Source: a virus (lineage: Duplodnaviria; Heunggongvirae; Uroviricota; Caudoviricetes). Taken from it: a stretch of 16,155 nt of DNA. Made by a program: the position numbers and the translations under genes. The stretch covers positions 64,001 through 80,155 of IMG/VR virus record IMGVR_UViG_3300042914_003231, one strand, 5' to 3'. The notes beneath the pieces are model-generated. The model did not search any database. It was not told where the DNA came from and worked only from the letters and a program-made list of their open reading frames with translations. This document shows positions 7,487 to 15,800 of this stretch, in pieces; position 1 is the first letter of the stretch, and every line of letters starts with the position of its first letter.

Positions 7487-10400
7487 ATGGCTGAAGAAAT
7501 ACCTACACCCGAACCTAATCTTTCTGAGTTAGAAGCAGACTTAAATGCTACATTAAGCACACCTGGCTATGGCTTAAGTGATACTCTTCCTGCTAAACCA
7601 GAGGCTATTGATATCTATAAAAACAATGTAGGTAATCCTATTACAGGGAGTGAGCCACAAGGAAAGCTTGCTACATTTAGTAGTAAAGATTATGCTGCTG
7701 CATTAGGAAATGCAACATTGCAACAAACAAGTATTGCTGAAGAAGATCCTTATATTAAAATGCGTCCCTTCACTTATAGTGGAGACTATGATGCAGCTAA
7801 CTTCGATCGATACTATGGAACCAAGGCTTATAAGACTTTAGGTTTCTCTCCTTACCGTGACAATGATGCTCTCTACAATCAGAAGATGACTTTTGGTGAT
7901 CAGTTTGTAAGAGCAGCTGGTCAGTGGGATAACTTGATGGCTACCGGGTTTATGTCTGGAGTAAAATCGTGGGGAACAATGTTTACTGATCCCTTAGCTC
8001 CAGATCTTGACTCTGCAAGAGATATGAAAAGATCTATGGCCATTGGTAATATCAGTACAGGTGGTGTCGGAGCTTTTGTAGGAAATACCTTCTTAAACTC
8101 TGCATACAGTATTGGTATAGGTCTAGAATTTCTAGCTGAAGAAGCTGCACTAGCTGCAGCAACTGCTTTTACCGGTGGTATGGCAGGTGAAGTAACTCTT
8201 CCTGCAATGGCAGCTCGTGGAGGTTTTTTTGCCAGACAGCTTGGTAAGATTGGTGAAATGGGTGCAAAAGTAGGTGGTAACACAGAACGTTTTGCTAAAG
8301 CAGCTGAAGTTGCCGGACAATTTGCTAAGAATCTTAAAAAGGCTCCTAGTGGATTAGATGATATGTCTTCTGCAAGACAATTCTTTAGTAAAGTAGCTAA
8401 TGGAACCTTTGATCTGATTAATCCTTTAGAATCAACGGCTGGAGCTTTAAAGAGTCAAAGATATGCTAATGATCTAGCTAAGACTGTAGGAACAGCCGGA
8501 GCTTTCATGGATGATATTATAAGAATTAAAACAGCTGCTTCAGAAGCTCAGTTAGAAGGAGGTATGGTAAAGATCGATGCGACTGAAAGACTCATTGATC
8601 AATACCGTGAGATGAATGGTAAAGATCCTGAAGGAGATGATTTAAAAAAGATTGAAGACTTAGCAAGTATTGAGGCCCGTAGAACAACTCTGTACAATTT
8701 CCCGGCTATCATGACTACAAATAAGTTGTTGTTCTCAACAATCTTATATCCATTAAAGAAGACTCTTGGTACAGCTAATGCACGCATGCTTGAAGATGTA
8801 GTAGCTGAAGACGGTATGAAAGCTTTAGCTAAAGATCCTTTTTCAGTTATTGGAAGAGGTACAAAAGCGCAGATGAAAGCTGCTGCTAAGTCTTTAGCTA
8901 AACCTGCTTTGTATGGTCAGTATGGTATGGCTTATTTAAAAGCCAATGTTGCAGAAGGTCTTCAAGAAAACATTCAAGAAGCTATTTCAGCGGGAGCTAT
9001 TAATCATGCTCTAGCTGTACAAAAAGATCCGGGAATGGCTGCTTATCGTGGCTATATGGGATATTTAATGGATGGCTTGAAAGAACAAGTATCTGCTCAA
9101 GGTGCTGAGACATTTGCTTCTGGATTCTTAATGGGCATGTTTACACAACCTATTATGACAGCTCCTTCATGGGCTGTATCAAAAGGTATTGAGAAATTTA
9201 AGAATAAAGAAGCTCGCGATAAGGCTAAAGCAGAAAGAGATGAGGCTTTGAAAAAAGAAGCAGATACTCTTAATGAGATGGCTAATAATGATATTAACTA
9301 TTGGGCCCCAGATCTAGGAACTGCTGTAAAGAATGGAGCATTAAGCAATGATCTTATGTCAGCTGCATCTATAGGAGATGAAAAAGCTTCTAAAGATGCT
9401 AAGTTCAGAATAGAGTTTAATCATATTGAAACTGCTATTAACTCAGGTAAGTTTGAAGATCTTATGACTAAGCTTGCTGACTACAAGAATCTTACTCCTG
9501 AAGAAGCATTTGAAGCATTCCAAAGATATGGTATTGGTATTAATACTAAAGAAGAAGCTATACAAGCCTTAGAAAAAATTGATGGTGTTATCGAAAGAGC
9601 CAGATCAATCAAAGATAAATATCAGGCTGTAGCACAAGATTTTCCTAATCCCTTCAACCCTTCAGGACTAAAACCTGGAACTGATGATTACAATGCTGTA
9701 GTAGATTCCCATATGGCATGGAGAGAAGCACAAAAGAATCTTGTATTTGCAACAGCAGAGTTTGAAAACTATTCTACCCGATTAGCTCAAATGACTGATG
9801 CATTCAGTAATCTAGCATCTCCTATTGCTAAAGCTGATACTCAAAGACTTTTATCTACTATGAATATGGTTTCTCTTAAAAAAGAGATTGCTACTTTAAA
9901 GCAAGAACTAAAAGGTCTGAATCAAGTAGAGGCTCCAGCTTCAGAGAGAAAAGAAAAAGAAAAAAACTTAGAGCTTCTTGAGAAGTTCTATGATGCTATA
10001 ACTGTAGCTCAAGAAACTATTAAAAAAGAAAACCTTACAGATAAGGTTGAGAAGCAAGTAGTATATCAAGATGCAAAAGAAGCCTATCAAAAGTATCTAG
10101 GTCATATTGCTAAAAAGAATGACTCTATCTTGTTTAACAAGACTACAGATAAAGCTTTTGATTTGTTGACTGATACTTTAGAAATGAAGTCCGAGCAATA
10201 CAATCTTGCTAAAACTATCAATGTTCTTAATAACCCTAATGGTTTCTTAAAGCTTCAGAAGAGACTTCAAGAAGCTTTCAATCAGGAAAGATTAGAGAAG
10301 CAGGAAAGAATTCTAGAAAACCTGGAAGCTTTCCTTACAACAAAAGATGAGAACCAGATAATTCAAACCTTAGGAAAACTTGGTGTAAAGATTCCTGAAG

Positions 10401-12829
10401 ACTTTCTTGCTGAGTATAAGGATGCTCTTAAAAATAAGAAGCCATTACCGAGCCCAGAGTATTATATAAACCCGGCTACTCAAGAGAAGATCACAAAAGA
10501 AACCGGTGGACAAGAGTTTGAAAAAGCAGCTGAATTATGGGATGCCTTCCGCGCATGGATGCATTTGACCAATGATATTAAAGATACAGCAGAAATAGAG
10601 AAATGGGCTTCTCTTATTGACAGTGCTACATCTGAAAAAGAGCTTGATTCTATAATGGATCAGCTTGATAAAGCTGGAGCTATGACTCCGGATTTTCTAA
10701 CAGATATCTCTAAAAAGAGAGAATTACTACAGAAAGGTGGAGAAGAAGCTATCATTAAAGCATTCAATGATTATAATCCAGGACTAAAAGATAGGCTTAC
10801 TCAGATGTATCATCAGGCCAAAGTAGATGGAAAGATCAAAGAAAGTACTTCATTGGCTCAGTTCCTAGCTACCGATCCAGATGCTATTATACAGATCCGA
10901 TCGGCTGAAAGTGTAGAGAAACTTGTAGATAAACCTGTAGTAACTCCTGAACCGGTTAAGAAAGAACCTATAAAAGGATATACCCAGCAAATGCCAGGTG
11001 GAAGAACTGTTACTTTTAATCCTGATCTTAGAACCTGGGAATTCAGAAATCGATCAGGTAAACTTATCACCAATAAGAAAACAGTAGAGAAGCTTGTAGA
11101 TGATCTTTCTAGAATGCCAGGTATTGTAAAGACCTGGTGGACAAGATTCTTAACAGATGCTGAGAGAGATAATGTAAGAGCTGCTTTTGAAGATTATGCT
11201 AACAAAGCAAGAGCTGGTATGGAAGCTAAAGGTCCGGAAGGATTTGCTCCTACACTAGAATTTATGTTGCTTGAAGCGTTGCAAGGTGCTAAATTTGATA
11301 TTAACTCTGATGTTGCAACAAATGTAACAGATGCTGGCGGAGCATGGTTTGGAGCTAAAGGTTATAAAAGTGTGGATGCTTTTGTCAATAGTGGGTTAGC
11401 TGATATTTATTCAGCTTACGGTATGCAACTTCCTGATGATACACAAGACCTTATTAATGATGTCTATAATATAATCAATGAATATCCGGCTGGGATTAAA
11501 GATAAAGATCTTAAATCTTATAAAGAAAGGGTAAATCCTAATGAAGAGTTATTAGATCTAAAGAAAGATTTTGCTAAAGAGCATGGTCTGGATATAGAAA
11601 AAGCATATTTTAAGATTGAGTCAGAAAACTTATTAAACTATAGTGAAGCTCCTCCTGCAGATGTGGATGTAACTGTGCCTCCGGAAGAAGTAACTCTTGT
11701 TCCTGAGAAAGATTGGAAACCTATCACAAATGCTAGTGCTCTTAAGAAAGGAGATGTCCTTATAGATAAAGCTGGTAAAGAATATGTATTCATAGGATAC
11801 GATCCTGGTTATGAACCTTCTTTTTCTCCTGATGATAATGTTACTTTCCCGGGAGAACCAGAAAGTATCTCTACAAAAGATAGAGAAGGTAAGACTGTAG
11901 ACTTTTATGGTCCGCAGATATTAACTTTAGCTATGAAGCCTTTTGCTAAAAGAGAAGTAGTAGCTACAGAAGTATTACCTGTAGAACAGGCAGTTAAGAC
12001 TGTAAACAAAGACTATGAAGGTAAAGTGATCTTTATCACACCGGGATCAGGTAAAACTGATCTTGCCAAAAATAATGAAGATGTGATAGATGCTGATAAT
12101 TTACTTTTAGAAGCTATACAAGAGCTTAATCCTATTTATCCTATAAGTGATCAATTATCGGCTGCTCAAAATATTTATGATGCTATTCGATATGCAGGTA
12201 TAGATAAGAAAAAGCTATATACTATAGGTGCTCAAAAAATAAAAGAGATGGCGGCAAAAGGTAAGACTGTTATAACCAGTAGTGTAGCACTCATGAAGCA
12301 TGCTGATATTATTATGAATCAAACCAATCCGGAGTTTATTATAGAAAAGTATGATCGAAACAAGGAACTTACAGCCGACACAGGAGATGCTTTAGTAATA
12401 GGGATCTATCAGGATATTCAAGATGCTATTAAAAAATCTCCAGCAGAACTTTTAGGAACTATTACTGCACAAGAAGTAACGGAAGTTCCTGAGATCACTA
12501 TTGAAGATATTAACAAGAACTTGACAGCTGATAACTTGGCTTTGGCTCAAGAAAGAGGTTATGATGCTATTTACAAAAATGAAAGATATGCTATTACCAA
12601 AGTTGAGCAAAATTCTGTATCTTTAAAAGCTCTGGATGGTTCTACTCAAACAGTGGCACCTTCAGAAATTACAGCTGTAACAGAAAAGGAAAATGTGGTA
12701 ATTACATCAGAGGAGAATAAAGACTTTAAGGATAATAGTAAAAAGCTAGAGACCGGAGCCTTTGATGTTGATTTTGATGCAGACAACCTTGATGATGCAG
12801 CAAATGCTATTAGAAAAAATATTTGTTAA
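7487..12829 (+). CDS. Giant (about 1780 aa) putative ejection/polyvalent protein: N-terminal Gly/Ala-rich membrane-inserting region, central coiled coils, C-terminal SH3-like and P-loop modules, terminal Cys
   Basis: The ORF track starts at GTG 7448, overlapping ORF3. ATG 7487 (MAEEIPTPEP) lies 1 nt after the ORF3 stop, matches the TAA-(1-3 nt)-ATGG junctions seen elsewhere, and is preferred. Ends ...IRKNIC-TAA. Confidence 0.75.
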   Translation: MAEEIPTPEPNLSELEADLNATLSTPGYGLSDTLPAKPEAIDIYKNNVGNPITGSEPQGKLATFSSKDYAAALGNATLQQTSIAEEDPYIKMRPFTYSGDYDAANFDRYYGTKAYKTLGFSPYRDNDALYNQKMTFGDQFVRAAGQWDNLMATGFMSGVKSWGTMFTDPLAPDLDSARDMKRSMAIGNISTGGVGAFVGNTFLNSAYSIGIGLEFLAEEAALAAATAFTGGMAGEVTLPAMAARGGFFARQLGKIGEMGAKVGGNTERFAKAAEVAGQFAKNLKKAPSGLDDMSSARQFFSKVANGTFDLINPLESTAGALKSQRYANDLAKTVGTAGAFMDDIIRIKTAASEAQLEGGMVKIDATERLIDQYREMNGKDPEGDDLKKIEDLASIEARRTTLYNFPAIMTTNKLLFSTILYPLKKTLGTANARMLEDVVAEDGMKALAKDPFSVIGRGTKAQMKAAAKSLAKPALYGQYGMAYLKANVAEGLQENIQEAISAGAINHALAVQKDPGMAAYRGYMGYLMDGLKEQVSAQGAETFASGFLMGMFTQPIMTAPSWAVSKGIEKFKNKEARDKAKAERDEALKKEADTLNEMANNDINYWAPDLGTAVKNGALSNDLMSAASIGDEKASKDAKFRIEFNHIETAINSGKFEDLMTKLADYKNLTPEEAFEAFQRYGIGINTKEEAIQALEKIDGVIERARSIKDKYQAVAQDFPNPFNPSGLKPGTDDYNAVVDSHMAWREAQKNLVFATAEFENYSTRLAQMTDAFSNLASPIAKADTQRLLSTMNMVSLKKEIATLKQELKGLNQVEAPASERKEKEKNLELLEKFYDAITVAQETIKKENLTDKVEKQVVYQDAKEAYQKYLGHIAKKNDSILFNKTTDKAFDLLTDTLEMKSEQYNLAKTINVLNNPNGFLKLQKRLQEAFNQERLEKQERILENLEAFLTTKDENQIIQTLGKLGVKIPEDFLAEYKDALKNKKPLPSPEYYINPATQEKITKETGGQEFEKAAELWDAFRAWMHLTNDIKDTAEIEKWASLIDSATSEKELDSIMDQLDKAGAMTPDFLTDISKKRELLQKGGEEAIIKAFNDYNPGLKDRLTQMYHQAKVDGKIKESTSLAQFLATDPDAIIQIRSAESVEKLVDKPVVTPEPVKKEPIKGYTQQMPGGRTVTFNPDLRTWEFRNRSGKLITNKKTVEKLVDDLSRMPGIVKTWWTRFLTDAERDNVRAAFEDYANKARAGMEAKGPEGFAPTLEFMLLEALQGAKFDINSDVATNVTDAGGAWFGAKGYKSVDAFVNSGLADIYSAYGMQLPDDTQDLINDVYNIINEYPAGIKDKDLKSYKERVNPNEELLDLKKDFAKEHGLDIEKAYFKIESENLLNYSEAPPADVDVTVPPEEVTLVPEKDWKPITNASALKKGDVLIDKAGKEYVFIGYDPGYEPSFSPDDNVTFPGEPESISTKDREGKTVDFYGPQILTLAMKPFAKREVVATEVLPVEQAVKTVNKDYEGKVIFITPGSGKTDLAKNNEDVIDADNLLLEAIQELNPIYPISDQLSAAQNIYDAIRYAGIDKKKLYTIGAQKIKEMAAKGKTVITSSVALMKHADIIMNQTNPEFIIEKYDRNKELTADTGDALVIGIYQDIQDAIKKSPAELLGTITAQEVTEVPEITIEDINKNLTADNLALAQERGYDAIYKNERYAITKVEQNSVSLKALDGSTQTVAPSEITAVTEKENVVITSEENKDFKDNSKKLETGAFDVDFDADNLDDAANAIRKNIC
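12020..12450 (+). other. P-loop NTPase / NMP-kinase-like domain within ORF4
   Basis: Hydrophobic strand VIFI, then ITPGSGKT (12035-12058; Walker A with the first Gly replaced), then VIDAD and later the strands KTVITSS and ADIIM, consistent with a small kinase-type alpha/beta fold. The end coordinate is approximate. Confidence 0.55.
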
Positions 12830-12832
12830 GCC

Positions 12833-15800
12833 ATGGGAATTTGTAATTTAGATCAGAATAAAGATCTTGCTAAAGCACTAGCCACTTACTTAAACATCAG
12901 CATTAAGAAAAATCTGGAAGGTGAAACACCTTTCAAACTTGTTAGTGTAATGAGAGATGTTTATAAAATTGCTTATGAGAAAGATCAGGATGTAAACAAG
13001 GCATTAGGTGTAGCAGGAGCTATGCCAAAATTATTTTTACAGCTTCTCAATAAGAAGCCAGAGTATTTAATGAAGCTTGCTGATAAAGGCTTCAAGATAG
13101 ATCCTATTATTGATTTCAATAAGAAGATTGAAACTTCTGAAAAACCTCTTGATGTTGTTAGTGAGTCTATCAAAGGCATTGCCGTACCTACAGTTACACA
13201 AGCTATTCAAAATAGTACAAGTGTAGAACCTATTAGCAAGCCTATTATAAAAGAGGCTGCTAATGTTCCTACCTATACTGATAAGTCTTTAGTAAAAGAT
13301 ACTTTCAAAGCTACTACCGGATTCAGTGTAGTAAAGAGTAAAGAAGGAAAGTTTGAGATTGATCAAGCCAATCCGGCAAAAGCTGCTTCTTATGCAGCAT
13401 TGCAGAATCTACTAATGATCCAAACAGAGGATCCTACATTTGAAAATGTTAAGTATGATGGTCATACTGGTTTCAAATTGAAAGCTGCTATTGAAGCATC
13501 TCTTCCTGCAAACAGTATATACAGTGAAGTAAAAACAAGTACATCTGTAGTATTAGCTATTACAGATAATCAAGGTAATTATTTATACTTCGATGATGCA
13601 GGTAAGATAAGCAATCCTGAGAATGGTAAAGTAGCTTATTTTTCCTTAGAAGCAATCACTAAAGAAAAGATAGCAAAAAAGGTAGAGCTTGGTTTAGAAA
13701 AATACAAAGTTGATTTTGCTGAAAAAAGTGGAGAGAATGCACAATCACTTGAAGATGCTTTAGAGCAAGAAGAAAAGAGACTTACTAAGAAGTTTAATCA
13801 ACAAGCTAAGCTTATTGAAAGCATAAGACTTAAGACTAATATGAATGAGAAGGTAATGCTTGATATTACCGGTGGAGAGGTTGGTTTTGTAGATGATAGA
13901 GCAGGTAAGAATAACTTATCTGAGTTTAACTTAAAGCCTGAAGAGATTAGAAGTATTGGTGCTGCATTTACTGATTACAAAGAAGGCAATCGTAATGTAA
14001 GAGTGCCTGCTGTAAAGTTTGCTAACTATGATAAGTTGATCGGCTTAAAAGGCTTATCTATAAAAATAGCAAGTCCTGAATTGTTTGATAGTCTTATTAA
14101 CTTATTAGTTGATGATCTTGTAAAAGATGATGGTAGTCCGGTTTCTCCTCAAGAGAAGATTGATTTGTTCAAGCAGTATGCTCATGTAAACAAATTCCTA
14201 TTATCGGCCGGTGAGAATGCTTTAAATATCTTTATTGGTAAAGAACTTGTATCTCTTGAGAACAAGGAAGAAGCTAAGAAAGTAATATTAGACTTCTTAG
14301 CAAAGAATGCATATCATACCTTCATCAAAACCTTAGATGGTAGTTATACCAGCTTTAACATTGCTGATGGTGTGTTATCTGTTAAACAAGAACCTTCTTA
14401 TGTAGACTTCATAAGTAAATATTTGGTACCGCGTGTTGGTATGGATATCAACACAAAGAGACCTATGATAAACAATGGTTACTTTACTTTTGAAGTAAGT
14501 AATCAACAAGAGGTTGCTGCTGAAAAAGCTAAGGAAGCAGTAAAAGAAGCTAAAGAAGAAATTAAAAAGTCTAAGTATAATACTGATGACTTAGCCGATG
14601 CTTTAGAAAGATCTAAGCTTATTGCTTCACGATCTACTCCAGAGCAAGAAGCTGCAGGTGACAAGTGGTTAGCAGAAACTGCTTTACTAAAAGTAGAAAT
14701 TGATGGTAAGCCGGTTATTACTTTAGCTGATCTTAGAAATATTGTTAACTCAGATGCCTTTGCTACTTTTGCAAAAGCAACTATGACATTGCATGAGGGT
14801 GGTAATTCTACCCATATGTATCATGAAGCTTGGCATGCTTTTAGTCAGATCTTCCTAAAAAAAGGAGAAAGAGATCATCTTTATACTGAAGCAGCTAAGT
14901 TAAACCAAAGCTTTACTTACATTAAGAAAGTACCAGGGCCTGGTGGAAACACTATTAAAAAGGTTTCTGTAAAGCTTAATACTTTAGATCCAAAGAATCC
15001 TTCAGATAGAAAGATCCTAGAAGAGTTTATAGCAGAAGAGTTCCGTGTATTTGCTATGAACAAAGGTGCATTTAAGACTACACCTACTGGCTTTAAGGCT
15101 ATCTTCAAAAAGATATGGGCCCTATTAAAAGCCTTGTTTAAAGGTACAGTACCTATAGATGTTTATTCTACTCCGGGATCATCTGTTTTTTCTGAGATGT
15201 TTAATGCATTATACAATGCTAAAAATGTTGAAGATCTTAATATGTTCCAACCAGCTATTCAGAATGCTGAGTTTGGTACTCTTAATACAGGATTGATCAA
15301 TGAGCTTTCTGAACTAGATATGGAGCTTATCTCAAGATCTATAGATGGTATTATTTCTAATGTTACTACTGATCTTATTATAAATAAAGGTAAGCCGGGA
15401 GCAGCAATGCAGATATTTGCTACTACAAAAGCTTTAGACTTCCTTTACAATGTAAGTATCAAGACTGCTTTAAGCGATCGATTAGAAGAACTAGTAGCAG
15501 AAAAGAAAGCTAATGAAAGTAAGTGGAATACTATTGAGTTAGATTATCATCTTAACAATATCAATATCTTACAGAAAGCCTTAGATAACTTCGGTGATGT
15601 AAAAAGTATCCTGGAGAATAAAACTAAGGATAATAGCATTACAGCATATCATTTAAAGAATAGTGCTTTTGCTAGTAGAATAAAAGAAGCTATTGTTGAT
15701 CCCACAGATATTTCAGAAACAAGTGCCGCGGATATATTAGCTAGAAATGACAAGCAAGCAAACAGTGCTGAATCTGAAAAGCTTGCTACAGCTTCAGCTG

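Noticed and set aside
2543-8230. Homopolymer heptamers A-AAA-AAA (2543-2550) and T-TTT-TTT (8224-8230) as programmed frameshift sites
   Set aside because: Such runs are expected in AT-rich DNA; no stimulatory structure or useful alternative-frame product was evident.
11711-11803. W...ASALKKGDVLIDKAGK resembling the central segment of Hint/intein domains
   Set aside because: No upstream TxxH block, no N-terminal Cys/Ser splice context and no downstream HN motif; an SH3/KOW-like barrel is the simpler reading.
12764-12784. DVDFDAD resembling the DxDxD catalytic motif of crAss-like and multisubunit RNA polymerases
   Set aside because: It lies within about 20 residues of the ORF4 C-terminus in an acidic tail, with no double-psi beta-barrel context around it.
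15092-15145. Cationic amphipathic helix FKAIFKKIWALLKALFKG resembling an antimicrobial peptide
   Set aside because: It sits where the terminal helix of this zincin family is expected, so it is most likely a structural part of the domain.
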